64,000 nucleotides of DNA, from the NCBI GenBank assembly GCA_031291955.1, contig JARLIA010000011.1, positions 6,511 to 70,510 of the forward strand. The letters run 5' to 3'. Positions 56,137 to 64,000 of this stretch are shown here, in pieces (position 1 is the first letter of the stretch; the number at the start of each line of letters is the position of its first letter). Both the position numbers and the translations under genes were made by a program. Below the pieces are notes generated by a model. It ran no database searches. It saw nothing but the letters and a program-made list of their open reading frames with translations, and was not told where the DNA came from. Source of the stretch: Minisyncoccota bacterium (GTDB lineage: Bacteria; Patescibacteriota; Minisyncoccia; Moranbacterales; UBA2206).

Positions 56137-57876
56137 TTATTTTTGGGCGTTGCGTACTTTTTTTATCGGTTGAAAAAGTTTTAGTTTGGAAACTGGAGTT
56201 TTTTCGTGGCTTCTTATCCTTTTTTCCTTGAAGATTTCCAAATTTTTGAGCACCAGCGAGGCTTGGGCGGCAAAGGCTTCGAAAAAATCGAGCTCTTGGG
56301 GCGTGATGGAATCGCGGTCGGCAAAACAAAAGAGGACGGCGCCGCGCAATTGTTTGCCGGAGATAATCGGCAGGAAAAGAAAATATTTTACAATGTTACT
56401 CGGTGAAACAAAATCTTTGTGCAGATCTTCTATGAAAGATCCTTGTACCCGGATTTTTCTTTCGACTAAGGGCTTTAAAAAAGCGTGTTTTTCGAGGGGA
56501 ATGTGCGTTTTTTCATCTTTGAACTTGCGGCTATTTCCGATTGGAAGGAAGATTAAGCTGCGGGTCGATTTGCTGTAACGGAAAAATTTTATCAATTCGG
56601 CCCGGGAAATGTTGTAGGCCGATTTGGCGATAAATTCCAGGATTTCTCGCATGTTTTTTCCGCCGCTTTGTGTGTATAGATCTAATAAGATTGAAATCTG
56701 GCGATTGATGGCGCCCAGGTGCTTATATGATTCCAGCAGTTTTTTTTCCACCTGATTTTTTTCCTGTTCCATCTTTTCGTGCGTCTTCCTAAGTCGGATT
56801 GTTTCCAACCCGAAAGCTAAGTCATTGGTCAGTTCCTGCAAAAAAAAGATCTCTTTTTTATCAAAAGCATCGGGCTCAGTGGCATAGATGGTAAGCGCTC
56901 CGAAAGTGATCCGGGATGATTTGAGCGGGATGGCTATCGATGAATAGAATCCTCTTCGAAGGGCTTCCTTGCGCCAAGGTAAAAGACGCGGATCATTCGC
57001 GAAATTCCGGGCGAGGGAAATTTTTCCGGTCCGAATGGCTGTGCCGGTCGGTCCGCCGCTCCTTGGATTTTCGGCATTCCAAGAAATTTTAGCGGCGGTG
57101 AGATATTCCCGGCCGGTTCCAGCCCAAGCCAATGGTTTTACGCTTTTATATTCGTTATTTTCAGCTATCCCTATCCAGACCATTTTATAGCCGCTGATGT
57201 TGACAATTATTCGGCAAACGTCCTTCAGAAGTTTTTTTTCTTCCGTGGCATGAATTAGAATATGGTTGCAGGCGGAGAGCGCTTGAAGCGCCCGAGATGA
57301 TCTTTCGAGAGCTTGCTCGATTCTTTTTCGCTGGATGATTCCGGCCAGGGCATTGGCGATCGCGGTCAGAAATCTCTCCTCGGTTTTATTGCGTGTGTGT
57401 CCAGCTTTGATATAGATGTTTACGACACCCAATGCTTTTTTTGAAAAAATTATCGGAACACAGTAATGCCCATGTTCTTTAGTATTTGGCGTCGAAAAGG
57501 TGTGGTATTTGTTTATATGTGGGGTGAAAATAATCTTCTTTTTTTCGGCGGCCAGCCCACAAAGGCATTGGCCGGATTTGATCTGTCGACACTGTGCGAG
57601 GAGCTTTTTGTCAATTCCTTTTTGTGCCCTCATTTCCAAGGTGTCGGAGTTGTCTTGGGCGATAAAAATACTTCCGGTTCGGTCAAAGGCCAGCCAGGGG
57701 ACCGCCAGAATCATGTTGAGACACTGTTTGAGAATTTCATCCAAGCTGATATTTTTGACCGCCAACTCCAAAAGATGGCCGGTAATTCTTTGAATGTCAT
57801 GGCTTTTTCTGAGTTTGTCATTCGCTTTCATCATTCTCTTCATGCTTCTTGTATTTAAAGTGTGAGGCGAAACCAT
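56137..57876 (-). CDS. Multi-GAF-domain sensor protein (no obvious output domain)
   Basis: Several GAF-like blocks, for example LDEILKQCLNMILAVPWLAFDRTGSIFIA. Confidence 0.5.
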   Translation of the reverse strand: MVSPHTLNTRSMKRMMKANDKLRKSHDIQRITGHLLELAVKNISLDEILKQCLNMILAVPWLAFDRTGSIFIAQDNSDTLEMRAQKGIDKKLLAQCRQIKSGQCLCGLAAEKKKIIFTPHINKYHTFSTPNTKEHGHYCVPIIFSKKALGVVNIYIKAGHTRNKTEERFLTAIANALAGIIQRKRIEQALERSSRALQALSACNHILIHATEEKKLLKDVCRIIVNISGYKMVWIGIAENNEYKSVKPLAWAGTGREYLTAAKISWNAENPRSGGPTGTAIRTGKISLARNFANDPRLLPWRKEALRRGFYSSIAIPLKSSRITFGALTIYATEPDAFDKKEIFFLQELTNDLAFGLETIRLRKTHEKMEQEKNQVEKKLLESYKHLGAINRQISILLDLYTQSGGKNMREILEFIAKSAYNISRAELIKFFRYSKSTRSLIFLPIGNSRKFKDEKTHIPLEKHAFLKPLVERKIRVQGSFIEDLHKDFVSPSNIVKYFLFLPIISGKQLRGAVLFCFADRDSITPQELDFFEAFAAQASLVLKNLEIFKEKRIRSHEKTPVSKLKLFQPIKKVRNAQK

Positions 57877-58759
57877 ATTGGGCTTGGTGGTTCATTTTTT
57901 GGGTTCGGATCTGGATTTCAACCGGATGATTGTCATGAAGGATAGTCAGATGGATGCTTTGGTAGCCATTGTCTTTGGGTATAGCGATATAATCTTTCAC
58001 TCGACTGGTTAAGATTGGATTATTTTTAAGCATGAGCACCATGGTCCGGTAGCAATCATCTTCCGTCTTGACGATGATTCTGAGGCCAATTGTGTCCAAA
58101 ACTTGGGAAAAGAGGATGTTTTTTTTGGTAATCTTGTGGTGAAGGCTGTAGATGGTTTTCAGTCGTGATTCAATTCTGGCTTCAACCTTGCCGTCCTCCA
58201 TGATTTTCTTGAATTCCCGCGTGATATTTTTTTGCTGGAGCAGGAATTCCTTGCGCGTAAAACCCAGAAGGGAATGGTAGTTATCATATATCGAGGGATG
58301 GAGTATTGCGAAAAATCTGTCTTCTAGCTGCGTTCTTATCTCTGTTATGTCCAGGTTTTCAAGCAGTTTCATGGCAAAATCTGTCTTCTCTGTTTTTGTC
58401 GCCCGGATCATCCGCGGATCTTTCGGGTAGCGATTGAATAATATGACGAAATTAGCCAGATAAAGAATGATGATTTTTTTTGTTTTAGAATATTTTTTGA
58501 AAACCGATCGGTCTCCGTCATGAAGAGCGTTGACTTGGTCGATGATTTTTGCGGCCGGTTCGCCGAAATTTTTTCTGATGTTTCCCAAGCCCGAGGTTTT
58601 TCCGAACGGATTTTGGATCAAAGAGGAAAGCAAAATATCCTCATCATCGACAAATAGGAGGAGGTAGCTGAATATTTCTTTATTGATTTTTCCCGGAGGA
58701 TTTTTTTTGAGAGCGGGATGGTTGGAAACTAATTTTAGAAAAGCCTCTCGCGTTTTCAT
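57818..58759 (-). CDS. RelA/SpoT-homologue (p)ppGpp synthetase-domain protein
   Basis: IGLRIIVKTEDDCY...YQSIHLTILHDNHPVEIQIRTQKMNHQAQYGFASHFKYK matches the RelA_SpoT synthetase motif. Confidence 0.65.
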   Translation of the reverse strand: MKTREAFLKLVSNHPALKKNPPGKINKEIFSYLLLFVDDEDILLSSLIQNPFGKTSGLGNIRKNFGEPAAKIIDQVNALHDGDRSVFKKYSKTKKIIILYLANFVILFNRYPKDPRMIRATKTEKTDFAMKLLENLDITEIRTQLEDRFFAILHPSIYDNYHSLLGFTRKEFLLQQKNITREFKKIMEDGKVEARIESRLKTIYSLHHKITKKNILFSQVLDTIGLRIIVKTEDDCYRTMVLMLKNNPILTSRVKDYIAIPKDNGYQSIHLTILHDNHPVEIQIRTQKMNHQAQYGFASHFKYKKHEENDESE

Positions 58760-59093
58760 TTTGTTTGTGAACTAGCCCACTTGCCATAATTATCGGTTTA
58801 TTGGGTAAATAAGTCAATAGCTTGTGACAAGAAATATTAAAAATGGCTGGATTAATAAAGAAATATTGTCAATGATTGCTGACATTCAATTTATTAATAC
58901 TGCCCCCTATCATGTTTTGCGTAGCGGTAATTGCCTGTTTTTTGATTTCCTGTTACACTAAAATCCAGGTGATTCAAGTAGGTTTGGTTTTGGGTTAAAT
59001 CAAGCAATTTATTGGATTCAATGCCATAGTATTACATTTCAGATTGCAATTATTTCATGCCACGCCGTATGTTTTTTGGGTTTTCCTGATGAT

Positions 59094-59165
59094 GCCGCCA
59101 TCGTCTAGCGGCTAGGACGCCAGGTTCTCATCCTGGTAACAGGGGTTCGATTCCCCTTGGCGGTA
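59094..59165 (+). tRNA. tRNA-Glu (anticodon CTC)
   Basis: Cloverleaf folds by hand: acceptor GCCGCCA/TGGCGGT, anticodon stem CCAGG/CCTGG with loop TTCTCAT, T-arm AGGGGTTCGATTCCCCT. No encoded CCA. Confidence 0.8.
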
Positions 59166-59179
59166 CGGAGTTAAAAAAT

Positions 59180-60274
59180 ATGCCTAGCGATAAAAAAGCT
59201 TCGGAGGCGATCAGGCTTCTTGAGAATTATAAAAAAAAGGTCGAGCCTCTCCTGGTTCGATATTTTGACGCGAAAATAGAACAAGCGTCTAAGGTTGACG
59301 CGCTGGCCGAGGAGGCGGTTAGAATGATTGCCGATTTCACTTTAGCTGCTGGCAAAAGGATCCGGCCGGCTTTGGTGTATTATGGATATCTGGCGGCGGG
59401 CGGACGCGAGGTGGAAAATATCATTGAAGCTTCGATAGGTATTGAGTTGGCACACACTTTTCTTTTGATTCACGATGATATTATCGATAAGGATGCCCGG
59501 CGGCATGGGGTATCGACGCTGCACGAACGTTACAAAAAAATCGGCCGGCGATTGAATTTCAAAAAAGACGCGGTCCATTTTGGCAATTCCATGGCTATGC
59601 TGGCCGGCGACATGGCCAACGCCATGGCCAATGAAATCATTTTTAATAGTCAATTCTCTCCGGAGGTGATTGTGCGGGCATTGGATAAATTACAGGAAAT
59701 CGTTTATACTATCGTTCCAGGCGAAATGCTTGATTTGATTTTGGAAACGCGCGGCCGGGCAACGGAAGTGGAGGTGTTGCGTATGTATGAAGGCAAGACG
59801 GCTAGTTATAGTTTTGAAGGGCCGCTCCATCTGGGCAGCCTCATGGCCGGCAAGGAAAATGGGAATATGCTCAAGGATTTTTCTGCGTACGCCTATCCGG
59901 TCGGCAAGGCCTTTCAGATTAAAGATGACATTATCGGTCTTTTTGGTTCGGAGAAGAAAATCGGAAAACCTGTCGGTTCGGATATTATCGAAGGCAAGGA
60001 AACGCTTCTGGTGGTTAAAACCAGGGAATTGGGCAATCGGAATCAGCGGGCAATTATTAGGAAATATTTGGGCAAAAAAGACATCAAGAAACCGGAGTTG
60101 GAAGAATTTCAAATGGCTGTTCGGGAGTCCGGATCCTTGGATTATGCTGAAAAATTGGCGGATAGTTTTATTCAGGAATCATTGGCGGTTTTGGATGGCA
60201 TAAACGTTCGAAGTACGGAGGCGGAAGTTTTTTTAAGAGGGATGGCGGAATATATGATGACAAGAGAATTTTAA
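59180..60274 (+). CDS. Polyprenyl diphosphate synthase (trans-isoprenyl diphosphate synthase family)
   Basis: First DDxxD LIHDDIID and second KDDIIG motif. Confidence 0.85.
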   Translation: MPSDKKASEAIRLLENYKKKVEPLLVRYFDAKIEQASKVDALAEEAVRMIADFTLAAGKRIRPALVYYGYLAAGGREVENIIEASIGIELAHTFLLIHDDIIDKDARRHGVSTLHERYKKIGRRLNFKKDAVHFGNSMAMLAGDMANAMANEIIFNSQFSPEVIVRALDKLQEIVYTIVPGEMLDLILETRGRATEVEVLRMYEGKTASYSFEGPLHLGSLMAGKENGNMLKDFSAYAYPVGKAFQIKDDIIGLFGSEKKIGKPVGSDIIEGKETLLVVKTRELGNRNQRAIIRKYLGKKDIKKPELEEFQMAVRESGSLDYAEKLADSFIQESLAVLDGINVRSTEAEVFLRGMAEYMMTREF

Positions 60275-60410
60275 GATTATTTTTTTGCGTTCGGTTTAAA
60301 AAGTGCTAAAATAACAAAAGCATAAAGTTAATCGATTTGAAGCGGCCAAGCCATTTAAATTAAAAAGGGAAAGCAAGTTGTTTTGCGCGCAAAACGACGC
60401 AGTTTAAACT

Positions 60411-61124
60411 ATGGAAAAAAATATCGCGACAATCCCTGGGCACGTAGCGATAATTCCGGATGGCAACCGGCGTTGGGCGCGCGCGCGCGGACTTGAATCT
60501 TGGAAAGGACACGAAACGGGTGCGGAAAATTTTGAAAAACTGATCTCTAAGGCGCTGGACAAGGGCATTAGGTGTTTGTCTATATGGGGTTCTTCCATGG
60601 ACAATCTGCTGAAACGTCCAGTGGCGGAAAAGAAGGCGCTTTTGGACATTTACAAAAGATATTTCAAGAAGCTTTTGGAGGGAAAGGAAATCTATGAAAA
60701 CGAAGTGCAAGTCAACTTTATCGGTCATTGGGAAGAGCAGTTTCCCGAATCATTGAAATCTACTATCCGCGAAACCATTGAAAAAACCCGGCATTATAAA
60801 AAAAGAATGCTGAACTTTATGCTGGCCTACAGCGGAACGGACGATATGCTCATGGCCATCAAAAAAATCAACGATAAATATGGAGTCGGCGCTGAAATCA
60901 CGCCGCAAATCATCAAGGAAAATCTGATGACGGCGGCGCTTCCGCCAGTGGATTTCATGATCCGGACGGGGGGTGAGCCGCACAACTCTAACGGTTTTTT
61001 GATGTGGGACACGGCTGACGCCCAACTTTATTTTTTCGGTGGTAACTTTCCCGATTTTGATGATCGGGAATTTGAAATAGCACTGGAAGATTATGCTAAG
61101 AGAGGAAGAAGGTTCGGCGGATAA
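60411..61124 (+). CDS. uppS: Undecaprenyl diphosphate synthase (cis-prenyltransferase)
   Basis: GHVAIIPDGNRRWARARGL signature. Confidence 0.9.
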   Translation: MEKNIATIPGHVAIIPDGNRRWARARGLESWKGHETGAENFEKLISKALDKGIRCLSIWGSSMDNLLKRPVAEKKALLDIYKRYFKKLLEGKEIYENEVQVNFIGHWEEQFPESLKSTIRETIEKTRHYKKRMLNFMLAYSGTDDMLMAIKKINDKYGVGAEITPQIIKENLMTAALPPVDFMIRTGGEPHNSNGFLMWDTADAQLYFFGGNFPDFDDREFEIALEDYAKRGRRFGG

Positions 61125-61125
61125 A

Positions 61126-61262
61126 ATAAATTTCTAATTTTCAATTTCTAATTTCTAAACAATTTCCAATGTTTTAATGATTGAATTTTCAAGCTACATT
61201 CTTAATTTAAAAATTAAGAAATTAAAGATTGTTTGAAAATTGAAAATTAAAAATTGAAAATT
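61126..61262. repeat. MITE-like (GAAAATT)n element, copy 3
   Basis: Left arm identical over ~45 nt to copies 1 and 2. Confidence 0.6.
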
Positions 61263-61269
61263 TCAAAAC

Positions 61270-61584
61270 ATGGAACACATTTTCACTGACCAAAATTTCG
61301 AAACCGAAGTGTTGAAAAGCGATAAACCAACGCTGGTTGATTTCTGGGCGCCGTGGTGCGGTCCGTGCCAAGTTATGGGACCAATTGTTGAAGAACTGGC
61401 TAAAGATATGGGGGAAAGAGCCAAAATCGGAAAAATGAACGTGGACGAAAACCCGGAAACGGCCAAAAAACTCGGTGTCATGTCCATTCCGACGCTGATG
61501 ATTTTGAAAGGCGGAAAAATGATAAAGCAGTTCGTGGGTGTGCAGGATATTGATACACTGAAGGAAGAGTTAGAAAAAGCGTAA
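61270..61584 (+). CDS. trxA: Thioredoxin
   Basis: WAPWCGPC active site. Confidence 0.9.
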   Translation: MEHIFTDQNFETEVLKSDKPTLVDFWAPWCGPCQVMGPIVEELAKDMGERAKIGKMNVDENPETAKKLGVMSIPTLMILKGGKMIKQFVGVQDIDTLKEELEKA

Positions 61585-61654
61585 ATCATGTAAGCATATT
61601 AGCATGTTAACATATTAACAAAATGCTAAAATGTTGACATGTTAATATGTTAAT

Positions 61655-62578
61655 ATGGATCATGTTTACGATCTAATAATAATCGGTTCTGGCCCGGCCG
61701 GCCTCGCTGCTTCGATTTATGCTTCCAGATATAAACTGGAGCACCTGCTTTTTGGAGCGGAGAATGGCGGGCAAATGAACGAGATATATGAGATTGAAAA
61801 CTGGCCGGGTGATATAAGTGTGCCTGGGAAAGATCTCATTGGTCGCTTCACTGCTCACGCCGAAAACTACGGCGTGAAAGTGCAAAGGGAGTCGGTCGGA
61901 TCGGTCAGAAAAATCGACGGGGACATTTTTGAGATAGAAACCGCGCACGGAAAATATCAAGCGCGGTCTTTGATTTTGGCCATGGGAGCCGAGTATCGCC
62001 GGATGAATATTCCCGGCGAAAAAGAATTCACCGGGCGTGGTGTTTCCTATTGCGCGACTTGTGACGCCATGTTCTTTCGGGACAAAATCGTCTGCGTGAT
62101 CGGCGGGGGAAATAGCGCGGCCGTGGTGGCGCTGGAACTGACGGATTTTGCCAAAAAGGTCTATCTTATCCATCAAGAAGAAAGATTGTCAGCCGAACCG
62201 TTGTGGTTGGATAAACTTTACGCCAATTCTAAAATAGAAGTTTTAAAGGATAATGACGTTATCGAAATCAAGGGCGCGGACAAGGTGGAAAAAGTCATCT
62301 TAGAAAACCCGGTGAATGACCGAACTTTCTTGGAACTGGACGGTGTGTTTATTGAAGTGGGAACGGAGCCGGGCGTGCGGCTGGCGCGGAAATTGGGCGT
62401 TGCCACTGACGATGGGAGCTATATCAAAGTCAATCCCGATATGAGCACCAACGTGCCCGGCGTTTTCGCGGCCGGCGACATCACGACCGGATCGAACAAA
62501 TTCAGACAAGTTTTGACAGCGACCTCCGAAGGAGCGATTGCCGCCAATAGCGCGTATAAAAGTTTAAAACTAAAATAA
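61655..62578 (+). CDS. trxB: Thioredoxin-disulfide reductase
   Basis: GSGPAG FAD motif, CATC redox-active site, GGGNSA NADPH motif. Confidence 0.9.
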   Translation: MDHVYDLIIIGSGPAGLAASIYASRYKLEHLLFGAENGGQMNEIYEIENWPGDISVPGKDLIGRFTAHAENYGVKVQRESVGSVRKIDGDIFEIETAHGKYQARSLILAMGAEYRRMNIPGEKEFTGRGVSYCATCDAMFFRDKIVCVIGGGNSAAVVALELTDFAKKVYLIHQEERLSAEPLWLDKLYANSKIEVLKDNDVIEIKGADKVEKVILENPVNDRTFLELDGVFIEVGTEPGVRLARKLGVATDDGSYIKVNPDMSTNVPGVFAAGDITTGSNKFRQVLTATSEGAIAANSAYKSLKLK

Positions 62579-62581
62579 TTT

Positions 62582-63718
62582 ATGAAAAGTCAAACTCATC
62601 CGTCAATCGAGTTATCGAAAAAACTCGGTGGGAAAATTGAAGTGAACAGTAAAGTTAAACTTACTAAGGATAATCTGAAAATTCTGTACACGCCCGGCGT
62701 GGCGGAAGTTTCGCGTGCGGTGGCGAAGAATAAAAAACTGTCCAAAATTTACACCATCCGCAAAAATACGGTTGCGGTTATTTCGGACGGCAGTGCCGTT
62801 TTGGGACTCGGCAACATCGGCCCAGAGGGAGCTTTGCCGGTAATGGAGGGGAAAGCCTTGTTGTTTAAGGAACTGGGCGGCGTGGATGCTTTCCCGATTG
62901 TTTTGGCAACGCAGGACACGGAAGAAATCATAAAAGTAGTGAGAGCGCTTGAGCCGACGTTCGGCGGGATAAATCTCGAGGATATTTCCGCGCCGCGCTG
63001 TTTTGAGATTGAAGAAAGACTGAAAAAAGAGCTTAATATCCCAGTGATGCACGATGACCAGCATGCGACGGCCATTGTGGTTTTAGCGGGACTTATTAAT
63101 GCGGTAAAAGTCGTAGGAAAAGAAATTGGGAAAATCAAGGTGGTGATTTCCGGTGTTGGTGCGGCCGGAGTGGCCACCGCGAAACTGCTTCTGAAGTATG
63201 GGGTCAAGAATATTGTTATGGTTGACAGTCAGGGAATCATATATAAAGGCCGGGGCAATATGAATCCGGTGAAAGAAGAGTTGACCAAGATTACCAACAA
63301 AGAAATTAAAAAAGGCGACCTTAAAGAAGCTCTTCTTGGGGCGGATGTTTTTGTCGGACTCAGCGCGCCGAATATTGCCACAGAGGAGGATGTTCGGCGC
63401 ATGGGGAAAGACGCGATTATTTTTGCCATGTCCAATCCTATTCCGGAAATCATGCCGGAGGAGGCTAAGGCTGGCGGCGCGCGCGTAATCGCGACCGGAC
63501 GCTCGGATTATCCAAATCAGATTAACAATGTTTTGGTGTTTCCCGGAATCTTTCGTGGAGTTTTCGATAATGATATTCGAAAAATTACCGATCAACATAA
63601 ACTGGCGGCGGCTAAGGCGATTGCGGCTTTGGTAAAAAACCCAAAAAGTGGTAAAATAATTCCAGAGGCGCTGGATAGTCGTGTGGTGAAAGTCGTGGCC
63701 GGCGTGTTTAAAAAATAA
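62582..63718 (+). CDS. NAD(P)-dependent malic enzyme (short MaeB-N-type)
   Basis: LKILYTPGVAEVSRAV...VISDGSAVLGLGNIGPEGALPVMEGKALLFKELGGVDAFPI. Confidence 0.8.
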   Translation: MKSQTHPSIELSKKLGGKIEVNSKVKLTKDNLKILYTPGVAEVSRAVAKNKKLSKIYTIRKNTVAVISDGSAVLGLGNIGPEGALPVMEGKALLFKELGGVDAFPIVLATQDTEEIIKVVRALEPTFGGINLEDISAPRCFEIEERLKKELNIPVMHDDQHATAIVVLAGLINAVKVVGKEIGKIKVVISGVGAAGVATAKLLLKYGVKNIVMVDSQGIIYKGRGNMNPVKEELTKITNKEIKKGDLKEALLGADVFVGLSAPNIATEEDVRRMGKDAIIFAMSNPIPEIMPEEAKAGGARVIATGRSDYPNQINNVLVFPGIFRGVFDNDIRKITDQHKLAAAKAIAALVKNPKSGKIIPEALDSRVVKVVAGVFKK

Positions 63719-63829
63719 ATAACCGATACGAAACAACGAAACGTATTCGAATCTGCGAACAAATGCAAAAACTGCGAATATTTTTTTCGTAGATTCGCAT
63801 TTAATTCGTAGTTTCGCATCGGATAATAT

Positions 63830-64000
63830 ATGAAAATATACAAACAAAAACTCGAAATCAAAAGTGCGACCCAGATAGAGTTTATCGATATTACGGACAA
63901 AGTTGATCAGATAATTTCCGGTTCCGGCATCAGAGAAGGACAGGTGCTGGTCTATTCGCCGCACACGACCGCCAGCATCGTGGTGAATCATAATGAGCCG
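63830..64000 (+). CDS. YjbQ/UPF0047-family protein (5' part only; runs off the window end)
   Basis: MKIYKQKLEIKSATQIEFIDITDKVDQ...VLVYSPHTTASIVVNHNEP. Confidence 0.5.
   Translation, partial: MKIYKQKLEIKSATQIEFIDITDKVDQIISGSGIREGQVLVYSPHTTASIVVNHNEP

Overview
This is a 64 kb window from what looks like a small-genome, CPR/Patescibacteria-like bacterium; that assignment is an inference from content. The supporting features are a 23S rRNA carrying a group I intron with a LAGLIDADG endonuclease, 23S-5S with no 16S upstream, two GT39 membrane glycosyltransferases, a sortase next to its LPxTG substrate, and a 2234-aa beta-helix/LamG surface protein.

The headline feature is a diversity-generating retroelement (DGR) at about 100-4000. 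It consists of a secreted DUF1566/C-type-lectin-like target gene whose C-terminal ~150 bp (VR) is a direct repeat of an AAC-rich template repeat (TR) 1.6 kb downstream. By my manual alignment, 14 of the 16 mismatched positions are at TR adenines. An Avd-like four-helix-bundle gene lies between VR and TR, and a DGR-type reverse transcriptase lies beyond the TR.

This DGR is atypical in several ways. The RT is on the opposite strand and is split by a +1 frameshift in a T7 homopolymer. A KilA-N gene flanked by two copies of a 48-bp perfect palindrome sits between target and avd, and the palindrome supplies an AGGAAG-7nt-ATG ribosome-binding context to both KilA-N and avd. A third copy of the palindrome is inserted in-frame inside an adjacent IS200/RAYT-like HUH transposase. 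A (CT)11 microsatellite occupies the divergent RT/transposase promoter region. The whole ~4.9 kb module is bounded by inverted copies of a ~28-bp repeat.

Outside the DGR there are three further points of note. A MITE-like element with (GAAAATT)n arms fills three intergenic spacers, and related heptamer tracts sit in-frame inside a GT4 gene; a (GAAATCC)4 tract inside a second glycosyltransferase gene is a phase-variation candidate. A GC-rich structured ~110-bp repeat follows two large genes. A long inverted-repeat leader precedes ftsW.

The rest is core machinery: murA, mreB, ftsW/rodA, L25, holB, uppS, a polyprenyl synthase, trxA/trxB, malic enzyme, tRNA-Glu, plus a T4CP-like ATPase, a PP2C phosphatase and a GAF+RelA/SpoT pair.

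All calls come from reading the sequence and the supplied ORF translations. No database search was run.
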